Shown one piece after another: positions 12,553 through 25,200 of a stretch of DNA of 64,000 bases. The stretch lies in NCBI GenBank assembly GCA_965207375.1, contig CBDBMG010000003.1, forward strand, positions 64,001 through 128,000, given 5' to 3'. The DNA comes from Nitrosopumilaceae archaeon. Lineage in GTDB: Archaea; Thermoproteota; Nitrososphaeria; Nitrososphaerales; Nitrosopumilaceae. Position numbers and translations under genes: made by a program. The number at the start of each line of letters is the position of its first letter. The first letter of the stretch is position 1. The notes beneath the pieces were generated by a model. The model made no database searches and had not been told where the DNA came from. It saw only the letters and a list, made by a program, of their open reading frames with translations.

Positions 12553-14988
12553 TAGGGCTGAAACGAAGTATTCGAATATTCCGAAGCTTCGAAGCTGAAA
12601 CGACCTTCGAAGTTTTTGCAAGGATTCGAAGGTTCGCAAATGTAGTTATACGCATGCGCAAATAGTTTAATTAATAGTGCTGTTAAATGGCGTCGCAAAG
12701 TGAATCGAGCGGTGGTAGTAACAGAAAAGTATCGGATGTGTGGAGTTACTTTACTAAAGTAGCAGATATGAAGAAGGCTATGTGTACTATTTGTCGTAAA
12801 GAATTAGCCTATTTAGGCAGGACGACGAATCTTCGCGACCATCTTACCTCGCAGCACGCGCTTTGTTATAATGCTGATAAGAAGAATGAAAGCAAGAAGA
12901 AGACGCTCGATAGATTTATTATAAGACCTGCTAAGTGTAGTGACGCTCGTATGAAGAATATAACAGACAGGGTAACTCAGATGATAGTTCGAGACTTGCG
13001 TCCCATCCGAGTTGTTGAATGCGAGGGTTTTCGTAATCTAATCAATTACTTGGAGCCTGGATATATCGTGCCAAGCAGAAAGCAATTCACTGCTGATATT
13101 AACCTGAAGCATGCAAAATGCAAGGAAGTGCTGAAACAACGCCTGAAGAATGAAGCGCAGTTTATAGCATTAACAACAGATATATGGACAAGCTTGGCAA
13201 CAGAAAGCTATCTCTCGGTAACTGCGCATTATATTGATAGTAACTGGGAGTTGCAGGCATTTGTACTAGAAACCTTATCCTTCCCAGAGAGGCATACAGG
13301 AGTCAATATTGCTGATAAGCTAAAAGGGTTAGCAGAAAGGTGGGAAATTATGGATAGTGTTATGGTGGTCAGCCATGATCAGGCCTCTAACATGAAAGCA
13401 GCCATGGATATTTTACTTGAAGAGTGTAACTGGAAAAGCCTCAACTGTGCTGCCCATTGCCTTCAGCTGTGTATATTGGCAGGCTTCAGTATCAGTACAA
13501 TTGACAGATTATTATCAGCTGCCAAAAAGATTGTAACACACTTTCATCACAGCACAGTGGTATCAGAAGCCCTAAAACAAAAACAAGCACAGATGGGCAT
13601 GTCTTGTAAAAAATTGATCACAAGTTGTGCCACTCGATGGAATTCCACTTATGAAATGTTGGATCGGTTGTTGAAACTCCGATGGCCCATAACTGCCGTA
13701 TTGTCAGATAGTGAAGTCACAAAAGTAAGTGATAGATATTTGGATTTAAAACCAGAGCAATGGAAATTAGTCGAGGACTTGGTAACTATCCTGGAACTTT
13801 TCAGTGTTGCAACAACATTTTTTAGTTACGAAGAGAATGTTTCTATGTCAGCTGTGTTCCCAATTTTCTATGGAATACTCGACTACAGAGCTCTCAGAAT
13901 CAATAATAATCAAACAATTTAAAGAAACTGTCCCATCAAACATCATAGAAAGATTTGAACTGAGAACATTACATAATGCATATCCAATGTTGCTGACGGC
14001 TATTCTTGACCCTCGTTTTAAAAATCTTACCTTATCAAGGTACACAGACAGTGAACAACGAGAACTGAAACTATCTATTGTTGAACTGATGGAAATGTAT
14101 AGAGAATTTGAAGAAAATGAGTCAGATGTGCGAATTGTGGATACTTCTACTGAATCTGTTGTTAAACGTTCAAGAAAACTCAGTGCACTAGATAAACTTC
14201 TTGGTGAGGAGGTGATGATATCAGAACCATCCCTAACTGAATTAGATAAATATCTGGCAGAACCCCCTTCACTTCGACGAGAGGACCCACTGAAACGGTG
14301 GAAAGAAAATGCTGCTCGCTTCAAAGTAGTATCATATGTAGCTAGACGACTGCTTTGCATGCCAGCTACAACAACTCCCTCTGAGAGGGTTTTCTCCACT
14401 GCTGGGCTGACAGTTACTAAGTTAAGAAGCTGTCTGAAGCCCAATGATGCACTAATATTTTTGAACAAAAATATGGGTAAACTAAACTTAGCTAGCTAGC
14501 TACTAATGTACAATAAATTTGTACTTTTGTATTAAATTCTTACCACACTATAGCTAGATATTACAAATAGTAAGAATTACAATATGATATTGTTCTCTTA
14601 TTGCAGCAGCTTGTACTTCTTTCTTCATCCTGCACGATCGACGGTGATGTGCCACGCCCACTTTTAAACTGACTTGATACCATAGTAAAAGTCTCAAAAC
14701 GCCACAGTTAATGCATGGAAAACACCAATTTAGGCTTTAGTTAGCATTCTCAGCTATGCATGATTGCTGTATGGACAGTTGGACATGCCCATTTTTCGAT
14801 CGATCGAGCGCATAACCTCTGAACTGTCACCAAACACTTATAAATTTATCAAATAGAAAGATGAAAAACTTGAGCAGCACATGCATAGCTAAAATACAAA
14901 AAAACCTTTAAATCCGAAGCTTCGAACCTTCAGACCATTTCCTTAACGAAGGTTCGAAGGTCAAATTTCAACCTTCGTTCCAGCCCTA
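12553..14988 (+). mobile_element. hAT (Ac/ZBED1-like) DNA transposon inserted in Gypsy gag
   Basis: TIRs TAGGGCTGAAACGAAG / CTTCGTTCCAGCCCTA; perfect 8-bp TSD CTACTCAC (12545-12552, 14989-14996); subterminal ttcgaa repeats. Confidence 0.97.
12687..14499 (+). pseudogene. hAT transposase (BED zinc finger, DDE core, dimerization domain), frameshift near 13880
   Basis: VWSYF..CTIC..NLRDHL (BED), ALTTDIWTS, CAAHCLQL, TRWNSTYEML and PATTTPSERVFSTAG, split across ORFs 12687-13922 and 13804-14499. Confidence 0.93.
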
Positions 14989-17900
14989 CTACTCACCCAG
15001 GTGGTCGATCTCAGTGCCCCGCATATAGCCAAACATGCTTCCATTGTCAGAAGGTTGGCCACTTTGCGAAAGTCTGCCGTAGCAAACCTAGTAGTCACAA
15101 CCCTCACCCCACGTCATCTCAGGTACCAGCCAGCACGGCTACTATTAGACAATAGACACCTGACTATTTCCAACATTAGGAATGTCACAGCCAATGAGCC
15201 AGCACCCTTGGTCAAGGTACTTGTCACCTCGGCCAATGGTTCTTGCAAACTACAAGCCCTCCCAAACTCAGGGGCTGACATATCTGCAGCTGGGAAAGAA
15301 ACCTTACAAACCCTTAACGAACATGTGAACAGCCTCATACCCTCCAGGGTCATTCCTAAAACCGCAAATGGGATGAAAAATATACCCGCTTGGGAAGATA
15401 CCTGTGAAGATTCAGTTAGGTTGCTATGAGCACAGTGAGGAACTGCACATTTATCCCAACATTTCTGGAACCCTACTTTCATGGAAAGCTTGTAAGAGTT
15501 TAGGAATCCTGCCTGACTGTTACCCCAATCCCATCACACCTAAACAACAGAGTATTAATCAGATTACCGAAACCTTGTCAATCCTGGAACCACCCACACT
15601 TGACAACATCATGAAGGAGTTTCCCAGCGTCTTTGATGGGCAGATTAGAACCATGACGGGTGAAGAATTCCATATTTCACTTACAGATAATGCTAAACCT
15701 TTTTGTGTGAACACGCCTCGTTCTATACCATTCATGTACCGCGACAAACTTAAAGCAGAGCTAGAGTTGTTACAGGGACAAAACATTATCACACCGATTA
15801 CTGAGGCCACAGAGTGGTGTGCCCCTATAGTCGTAACACCTAAGAAAAATTCAGACAACATCCGCATGTGTGTAGACCTATCACATTTGAATCGTTGCGT
15901 ACGTTGAGAGCGATACCATTCGCCCACCCCTGCAGAAGCCATTGCTGACATTGCAGCAACTAATGCCAAATACTTCACTGTGCTTGATGCCATGAAGGGT
16001 TACCACCAATGCCCTCTTGATGTTGACAGTCAACTCCTAACCACCTTTATTACTCCCTTCGGGAGATACAAATATCTACGTGCTCCATACAGCATCTCCT
16101 CCATATCGGAACACTATAACCGCCGTATGGCAGAAGCCCTGGCAGGCCTATCTGGATTCTGCAGGATAGTAGATGATATTGTCATATATGACAGCACTAT
16201 TGAAGACCATGTGAGTCATGTGAGACAGTTCTTACAATGCTTCACTGAGAAGCAGATTGCCCTTAACCCGCAAAAGTGCAAGTTTTGTGTAACCAAGGTG
16301 ACGTTTGCTGGATTTCATCTATCCTCTGAAGGGTATCAAGTTGACCAGTCCATAACAGGTGCAATATCACAGTTCCCCAAACCAACCAACCGCACAGATT
16401 TACGCTCCTTCTTTGGACTTGTCAACCAGTTGTCCTCCAGTATTAACACAGTAGCCACATTGTTAACACCACTCAGACCTCTCCTGAGCACTAAGAATGA
16501 TTTTCTGTGGAGTGATAATCATGAGAAAGCGTTTGCAGCAGCAAAGGATGCACTCACTGCAGTACCAGTATTGTCCTTTTTTGATCCCAACAGACCTACT
16601 CGCTTGTGTACTGATGCAAGCCGACAAGGGCTTGGTTTTGTCCTACAGCAGCAAAGCAATGATATCACATGGAATCTCATCCAAGCTGGCTCTCGCGTTA
16701 TGCGGTAATCGAATTAGAGATCCTGGCAATATGCTGGGCTATACAGAAATGCAAGCTCTTCTTGACAGGGTTGCAGCACTTTTCTGTCATTACCGATCAT
16801 AACCCACTTGTTCCAATCATCAACAACCATCGCCTTGATGAGATAGAAAACCCCCGGCTACAACGGCTAAAACCAGGTTGATGTCGTACAACTTCACCGC
16901 TAAATGGCTAAAAGGTAGCAAAAATGAGGCCCCTGATGCTCTGTCACGCAACCCAGTATCGGATCCAGAGCCCACTGACACACTTGCAGAGTTGGATGTA
17001 AACGATCAAGCAGAAATGTCAATTGCACAAATCAGAGCTCTACATGGAGAGACCCATGTAAATCGCCACCTCCAAGACCTTCGGCAACAAGCAGAACAAG
17101 ATGAGGAATACCAACAGCTACGTACCGTCATTCTACAGGGATTCCCCGCCCACCGCCATCAATTAACAGAATCATGCAGACGATACTGGAATATTCGTGA
17201 GCACCTTTCCTTAGATGACGACTTAATTGTATATGGTTGCAGACTCCTAATACCAGCCAAAATGCGTCGGCAAGTTCTTGCACAACTCCATGAATCTCAC
17301 CAAGGCACAGTGAGAACAAAACAGCGAGCACGTTTATCTGTATACTGGCCAGGTATAGATAATGACATTGATATAATGTCATTCTCGCTTGCCAAACATG
17401 TCAGGACAGTCTCCCCTCCAATGTTAAAGAGCCACTCATTCAAAAACCAAGACCTGACCGACAATTTCAGGAAATTGCCATTGATTTCTGCTCTTATGTC
17501 AGCAGAGATTATCTCATCATAGTGGATTGCTTCACAGACTGGCCAGTAATAATTTCAATGGACCACGGCACCACCACCTCACAGCTGATCACAGTCCTAC
17601 GTCAGTCCTTCTGTCGTACTGGCATACCAGAGATTATATGGTCAGATGGAGGACCCCAGTTTACCTCCAATATGTTTCAGGAGTTTGCAAAACAGTGGGG
17701 ATTCTCACACAAAGTTTCAACACCACACTATCCACAAAGTAATGGAAAAGTGGAAGCCACTGTGAAATCCATGAAAAGAATCATCCGCATATCATGGAAT
17801 CGACAATCACTCAACGAGGACAAGTCCTGTCGAGCACTGCTGCAGTACAGGAACACACCCTCTTGCAAAGATAGCTTATCTCCAGCACAAAAACTGTATG

Positions 17901-18847
17901 GACGCCCGCCCCATCCAGGACATCATACCAGCTCACCACCGATCCTTTTCAGCAGAATGGCAACACAAAGCAGAAGCAGCAGAACATCAGGCACAACAGA
18001 CATTAAAATCCTCCAAAGAATACTACAACCAACACGCCCACGCTCTTCAGGAAATTCAAATTGGCTCCAACGTCGCCATTCACAACAACAGAACAAAACT
18101 TTGGGATATATATGGCATTGTGACTTACATCAGCCCACACAGACGCTATCATGTTAAAATACTAAGTGGCAGAGTCCTGGTAAGAAACCGTCGCTTCCTG
18201 CACTGTCGTGTCCCAGCCTCAATTCCAGTAAGTACCCAACAACAGCTAACCTCCCACATCACACCTACACCAGAGCCACCATCAACACGCCGGTCAACAA
18301 GATGTACACGCCCACATAGCAGACCCATAGAGGACCCTAACTGGAACTGATCACAGCTACCGCACAAACTTCAGCATATATATATTTAGCATTTGTGATT
18401 AGCTCCACCCCAAATGCTCGAAGAGGGGAGATGTAGGAATATAGATAATGTCATGTACACTGTACAATCACGTGATATCATTAATCATGAGCACTTTCCC
18501 ACCTATCTTACACACAGTATAGTCAGAATATCTATGCACTAGCTGTAAGTTGAGGACTCGATAAGTAGGGGTGTCCTTCAAAATTGAATTGATGCTAAAG
18601 CTACTTATAGCTGTGAAAGAAAACCCAGCATGCAACAGGTAGACATGCAACTACTGCAGCACTAGCATTTCAATTGGCTAATCAATAGATTAAGCTGTTA
18701 CAAGGTGACAAGTTGGTACAGCCTACTACAAGATGTTAAGTAAATAGTGTAAATAGACAAGGTGTTATAAGTAAACATTGGTACTCATGGCAACTACATA
18801 GCCATAGGCACCATGGTATGTTAACCCTGATCAGCTAGGTAGCTATA

Positions 18848-19095
18848 AGTAGGCATAGGAGACTAGGTAGACATAGGAGACTAGGTAGGCATAAGAGACT
18901 AGGTAGACATATAGGACTAGGTAGGCATAGGAGACTAGGTAAGCATATAGGAGTAGGTAGACATATAGGACTAGGTAGGCATAGGAGACTAGGTAGGCAT
19001 AGGAGACTAGGTAGGTAATAGGAGACTAGAAGACTAAGGCATATAGGAGACTATAGGTTGGCATAGGAGACAGGTGGGCATATAGGAGATCATAA
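18848..19095. repeat. 18-bp degenerate minisatellite (~13 copies) inside the Helitron-like element
   Basis: Unit taggagactaggtaggca. Confidence 0.9.
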
Positions 19096-19800
19096 TAGAT
19101 AGGGCATTAGTAGTTAAGCTTATAGGGGACCACAATACAGTCATAGATAGTGTAGCTATCATGCATGCAAATGAGACTACACGGCCTACACCCTGCACTA
19201 CAGGGCAGGTAGGGCTGTGCAATATATTGATAATTATATATAGTATTAACAAAGCTACTATATTTGGGACCTACAAACAGAAACTGTGATACCGAAATAT
19301 CAATAATTGCCGAGCACCTTAGCATGAGGCACATAATCGTGACACTATTCTCGGTTTGCGTACATATATATATGTGCATCACGCTTAGGAATGCTCCCCG
19401 TGACCCTGAAAACCACTAGGTAACCATACAAAGTAGAGTCGACGAATATTTAAGCGCATAACGAATCAGCGCCCAAAGAAACTGTATACTGACAGTCGGT
19501 AGCGATGTCAGATAATGCGCTTGAAGTTCAACAGCGGAAGAAAACCCTTGCACGCAATAGAAAGAGAAAACAAAGGCTTACTGCAAGCGCTCAAGATAGA
19601 TCGACTGAATTGAGCCAGCAAAGGAAACGCATGCGATTGCTAAGAGATAGGGAAACACCTGCTAGACAGTCTGCTAGATTAGAGGCTATGCGTCAACGTA
19701 CTAATACATCATCATAATTAAATCAAATCATCTAATTAATACATCATCACAATTAAATAAATTATGTAACAATATTCACTTTCCTGCTTGACATAACATA

Positions 19801-20366
19801 TGTGACCGGCTCTGCGAAAATGTGCATAGTTCGCACCTGGTAATAATTAGAGAAACACCTGTTTAAAGATTTTAAATTAACATTGCTAGCTTTTGCTCAT
19901 ACTAGGCCGCTTTTGTTTAGCAGAACTGGATTTAATAATGTATTGAATAGAATACAGTTTACCTTTGAAGTTGTTTCTTGGTTGATTTCAGGCCTTTTCA
20001 GACGATTTTTTCGAAGGTGTGCATCAATTTTAGCCCAGTGTTACGAGGGGGTGGGCGGGTGGGAGGAGGGGAGGGGAGGGTGGGGAGCAGATGGTTCTGA
20101 CCATACAACCAGGCCGAAGGGACATCATTCCGGTCAAGGGTAGAATTCCAGACCAATAACGCCCAATTGGTGCGCTCCACAGGTGCCAATGTGTCAGTCA
20201 TGGTACTACAAGGCCCCAAATACTCACCTCAGAAAAGCAGACCACTTGAGTCTGGCCATAGGAGACACGGTGTGTGCATAGCTATTGAGTGTAGCTATAA
20301 GCTGGATCAAAACAATGAATTTAAATTTTTGTGTGAACTATACACATTTTTGCAAATCCGGTCACA
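19801..20366. mobile_element. MITE, TGTGAC...GTCACA family
   Basis: tgtgaccggctctgcgaaaatgtgcatagttcgcac / gtgtgaactatacacatttttgcaaatccggtcaca. An inverted partial copy lies at 44264-44640. Confidence 0.85.
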
Positions 20367-20663
20367 TATACGTATACACATATCTGCAAATACATTTCAA
20401 TATAGCTACATACATATTTCAATTACATGCACTATCGCACGAGGCGTTCTGCACAATGTGTATTCCTAGTACTGAATATATAGTGAAGGAATAGAGTTTG
20501 AAAATTTAGCTACAAAGTAATGTTGTGGATAGGGGTTGGAATCTAGCTAGCTATGTGTAACTTTTCCCACTCTTATCTGCTTACCAAAATTTTTATTATG
20601 CAGTATTCACCATTTAACAGACACTGCTTTATATTCAGTAAAAATATCTATATTTAGTAATAC

Positions 20664-21435
20664 CAAGAGTTCATAATATATAGAGAGAGGAGAGTATCCA
20701 ACGCTCATATTGCCTGTTCAAAACACAATGCGTTAAGTTGTTGCATCATCTCCCAGATATTTTAGTATAATTTCAGTAAACTTTGATAACTGGCTTCACC
20801 GCAAAAGATTCGTTGATAGGTGTTGATTTATCAAAGAGAACACCACAAATTATTTCTTCTATTTAAACCCACTTTATACTCCAGTACTTAGTGATAAAAT
20901 TTGAGCCAAAATTGCGCTACTTTCGTGGCGATACTGCAGTCAAGATGGCGGCTTCTAGTGTAGACGGGAGAGGAAATTTCGACCAAGATTCAGACGAACG
21001 AGAGTGTAATGGTGCTCATAAGCGGCTTAGGTTAATCAAATGAAGCCAGTTACCAAATGGATGGAGTACTGCACGCAAGCAGCGTTACAGTTAGTTTTCC
21101 CGCCATTAATGCGGACGAGCCTTTCGAGTCTTTGGAGGTGACGTAGCTATTTAACTCGTCCAGAGATGGCGTAACAGTGCCAGGTACATGTGCACGTAGC
21201 AAGGCTATACCTGCCATAGATCCTGTATGGTTAAGGATCTATGGCTATACAAATTATTCCGTGGTATTTAAGCGCACGTTATATTGCAATAGCAGGCAGG
21301 TTGCGTGCTTATAGGATTTCAAGCAAGTTAACACCATTTGGTGATGATGGGTATTACATAATAACTTAACGCAGTGTTTTAAACGGGCAATAGAGCGTTG
21401 GATACTCTCCTCTCTCTATATATTATGAATTCTTG
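20664..21435. mobile_element. P-superfamily (Galileo-like) MITE
   Basis: ~75-bp TIRs starting CAAGA; 7-bp TSD GTAATAC (20657-20663, 21436-21442). Confidence 0.8.
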
Positions 21436-22219
21436 GTAATACCAAGGTATCAACTCATAAAAATACCGAATAACTGTTTTTGGCAATACCACAATAAGTA
21501 CACCTTGTTATATCAAAAAAGTAAAGTTAGTTATCATCTCACAAGTTAAACTTTCATCAGCCGCTTTGGTTACTAGTACATGTTTACACCCTCAGTGCAA
21601 ATAAGTCGGTACTATAGAATTAAAATTAAAATGTTAGCCTTGCTGCATGCATAAGATAGGGCTACCTGGCCAGCTTTAAACCACCAAAATTATCAGTTAG
21701 TACTTCACGATATGACTATCAAGATACGTAGTAAATTGCACTATCATGATAGTTGACCACTTTGACGATATTGAACTATCATACTGTCACCCAGCCCTAC
21801 ATTTGTCATAGTAACAGTTCATATTACAAATGTGTTTTGGTCACAGTGTATTTACCTCATTCTTGGCCTGTTCTCTGAGTCGATGTGGTAGTCACTTAAT
21901 ATTGTGACTCATGGATCTTCTCCTCATGTGTCGAGGAAGTGTTTGGAAAGTTCTTCTTGTACTGCCATGTTGTGAAATAGCAGCTGTCATATATGTAGTT
22001 CCATTGCTCTAGCTTGAACAAAATCACTTACACAAATACCCCTAGGACCTGCAGTATCCCGTACATCACTACCGGTTACGTTCTTTGGCTGTGCCTTAAG
22101 CCTCTTTTCTCGTCTCTTTTTCCTTCCAGTAACACGCTCTTCTTCATTTTCACCTTTGCTTTTCTTTTCTTCATCCTTTTCTGATTAGGTAACGCAGTAT
22201 TTATAGGCGTTTCTTCCAT

Positions 22220-22276
22220 CTACAACGTGCATTTTACTATTCTATCTAATGCACACCAAGTACACGTGCGGGAGTG
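22220..22276. promoter_or_regulatory. Putative bidirectional promoter between POP1 and RIDA (57 bp between ATGs)
   Basis: Divergent ATGs at 22219 (-) and 22277 (+); contains a CACGTG E-box at 22263. Confidence 0.65.
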
Positions 22277-25200
22277 ATGGCTGTGAGAGAGGCAGTTCGT
22301 TCCGTTGTCAAGAAAATCATTAACACTAGTACTCCGCTTGCTCCTAAGCCAATTGGACCTTACAAGTGAAAAAGCTAATAATACGATACTGTTGTATCAT
22401 AGGGTAGCCTATATATATCAGTACTAATATCATGCTGTCCATTGTAGCCAAGCCATTGCTGTGAGAGAAACATTGTGCCTATCTGATCAAATTGGATTAG
22501 ATCCTAATGTAAGGACACGGGGCTAGTCATATCTACTCAGTAACTGTATAACAGGCAAACTGGTCTTGATTAGCGGAGTCATTGTTTATTTCTCTGCCCG
22601 GCGCTACATCAGCACTCAAACACTAGCTACTGCCTCAACTTTAATTTTAAATAAGAAAAATAATCCCACATCAAAATTGCAAAAATTACTGATGATAAAC
22701 TGACTGACAAGTACTGACATAGTCATTTGGTCACTGATGTCATCGGTTTAGTCTGCTGCTTGATCAGAGTCAGGATCACTTAGCCACTAAAATTGAACCT
22801 TCCGTGAATTGTGTATTCATGACCTAATATGTGTTGTCAGTGTTCTTGCTGGCTGCTGGGCAGATTATGCACTTTTGAACCGCAGGTGCATGTCATGGTA
22901 CCTTTGTCTGTGAAGTTGGTAGCTATATGCATGCTTGCATGGTTGCTTTGTTTGTGTGCGTGTATCTTCCAATGGATTATTTTGTATGCCGTATACGGTA
23001 CAGCAAAATGTTATTATCACAATTGTCTGAAAGATTGTGCATAGGTAGGTGATGCCGGCTTTAATTTGCAGTGTAGCCTAGCTGTAGCTATAACAATTGC
23101 ATCGGCATGCTACTGGATTGCCACCTTATAGCTATGATGTTCTTTAATTCCTTCAGCCATGTAATAGTAGCTGGAGCAGCTGGACAGTGGTACTACAATA
23201 CATTAGTTGACTGCATTCCTCTGAATGTTTAATTCATCAGTAGCTGCTAATATGACAAAGCTGTTAGATTATAGTGTGATCCAAATTTTGAATGCTTCAG
23301 ACTTACCAATCAGATTGCTAAATGTTGTGATGTACGTACAAGCTACAATGATGTTGTGTCCAAATACATGTCATGTGCAATGTAGCCATAGTAACCACAC
23401 AGCTACTTGGATTTGTGTGGTTGACTCATTCTTATTTTGGATGATATATATACCTGCTAGTATATCCATACATGTAGCTAGCTATATAGCTAATGTAACT
23501 ATATTCTTAATACGTATATAACTTTATAGCTAGCTATAATGTTCTCAACATATAGACCATGGAATTGATCAGTGGAGATGTTTGTGATCAGACCAAACAG
23601 GTATATATATATAGCTACTACCTTATTTGGCTGTTTCTTTAAATTGTAGCTAATTTTGGATTATACAACATAGAGACAAATAGCTAGCTAGCTATAGTGT
23701 TTTATTGCATGGGCTTAGCTACTAGCGTATATAGCTATCTAACATGTTAGCTTAACTGTATCAGTCTATGATAATGTGCACATTAGCTATAGGATGATGT
23801 CATTTAACCATTAATTTACAGTCTTTATTATGCACTCTTATAGGCTCTTAATAATATGAAGAATGTATTGGAAGTTGCTAATTCATCTATGGACAATGGT
23901 TAGCAGCCATTACAGTAGAAATATAATAGCTACTACACGTGTAGAGGGAAACTTCGGTGGGAGTAAGATTTGGCGAATTTATCTACTTTTCTGAGCAAAA
24001 GATTTTACCATGAAAATTTATGTTATCAATAGCTATAATGACTTGTGCAAGAGGGGGACTAGCTCCGTAGCTGGTCATGCAAGGTTGTTGCTAGGCTGTG
24101 CCATACCAAATGCCAAGTTAAGGTGCCAAAGTCAACACTCATCAGATCCCACAAAAGGTGTAGACAGCAGGACGGTATAGTCATGGCAGAGCTCAAAATA
24201 ATGGTCTGTTACAGGTCATTTTCCAGCCCACTTTAGTGTATCAGATCCAATTTGGTAGGACAAATTTACTGGGGAAGCCAATGATAGTCTATAATCATGT
24301 TCCTATTTTGAATGAATGACTGACCAATATTATTAGCAATATCAGCAATGCTACTTGCAGGACCAATATTATTAGCAGTATTACTTGTAGCAACAGCAAT
24401 GCTATGGGTGTTTGAATGGTAATCATAAACTATAGCCAATTCAAAATAGCTCTATAGCATAACCATAATGCTACGTATAACTGCATACTGTAGCTATAGA
24501 GGGAAACGTTGATGAATATGGTGAATGTTGCTAATAATATTAGTCCTGCAAGTAGCATCGTTGTTGCTACAAGTAACACTGCTAATAATATTGCTATATA
24601 TATAGAAGATATTCATAAGGCATGGCATCATGCAACTACATTGAAAATTGAGCAGATATAATAATGTACAAGTGTAATGTAAAGTTCTGCCAAACTATAT
24701 AGTTTTACTATAACCAACTGATGATACCTTAGTATGAATAATACTGTAAGAGCAATTCCTTTATAGTCCCACTGTATGCATATGCCTTCCATTAGTTAAG
24801 CTGCTGCAGCAGAAGAATTAATGATCTGACATCAGTGGAAAAGAGACGGTGGGGATTTCCGCCTGACACCCTATCTTTCCAATATGATTATTAATTCAAA
24901 TCCTCTCTATACTGTAGCTATAGCGGGGTATTTTGACGAGCTAATTTGACATGATGAACAGCTATAGCATGCAGTTGGGGTTTAAAGGTCAAAGCTGTAG
25001 CTAATTCAATAACTGTGAAGGGGGCGGGGCACTGGGCACTTGCCCCCACAAAATTTGCTCTGTCCCCACAACTTTGAGTAAGTTCAGCCGGCCCTGCATC
25101 AATGTGGCTACTAAATGATTCCTTTAAAATAGCAATTGGTCAATCAGTTTTTATCTTGTTCTTGTTTGTTTCCTACAGTTGTGAAGGTGACAATATTTTT

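Larger units (their letters stand above)
11658..18512 (+). mobile_element. Ty3/Gypsy LTR retrotransposon (degenerate gag-pol)
   Basis: 5' LTR 11658-11745 and 3' LTR 18432-18512 (TG...CA); 5-bp TSD CACAG (11653-11657, 18513-18517); PBS TGGCGCTGCGAGCAG; PPT GAAGAGGGGAGA. Gag CCHC knuckle, protease (LPNSGADIS), RT (IVDD), RNase H (TDASRQGLG), integrase (SDGGPQF, PQSNGKVE). Several stops and frameshifts. Confidence 0.97.
11267..20469 (+). mobile_element. Probable non-autonomous Helitron, interrupted by the Gypsy element and a MITE
   Basis: 5' A|TCTACTACATAAAG followed by ccgtctgtctgtccgtc; 3' ...ttcCTAG|T at 20466-20470 after a weak hairpin. Internal ORF 19505-19717 (RETPARQSARLEAMRQR) resembles the charged N-terminal repeats of RepHel proteins. 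Confidence 0.55.
1338..22219 (-). pseudogene. POP1: RNase P/MRP protein subunit POP1, 4 exons (22219-21856, 6638-6408, 3987-3900, 3192-1338), disrupted
   Basis: Motifs FVQARAMEL, FQTLPRHMRRRSMSHN, WLQSHIWHAKRFRM, GWDIIAPAKWGKPLWLSLVYHGARVIG, YPTDYPDT, KYPPDKRPNF, RLIIGYVT and SLQYRF; GT-AG introns. Lesions: frameshift ~21990, in-frame TGA 21892-21894 (HNIK*LP), TAG 1919-1921, and a frameshift between ORFs 1544-1864 and 1338-1562. Confidence 0.92.

Noticed and set aside
13848-15993. Minus-strand ORFs of 206, 122 and 144 aa
   Set aside because: Antisense shadows of transposase and pol coding sequence.
21892-21894. Selenocysteine or programmed readthrough at the POP1 TGA
   Set aside because: The position is a conserved Arg, not Cys, and the gene also has a TAG and two frameshifts.
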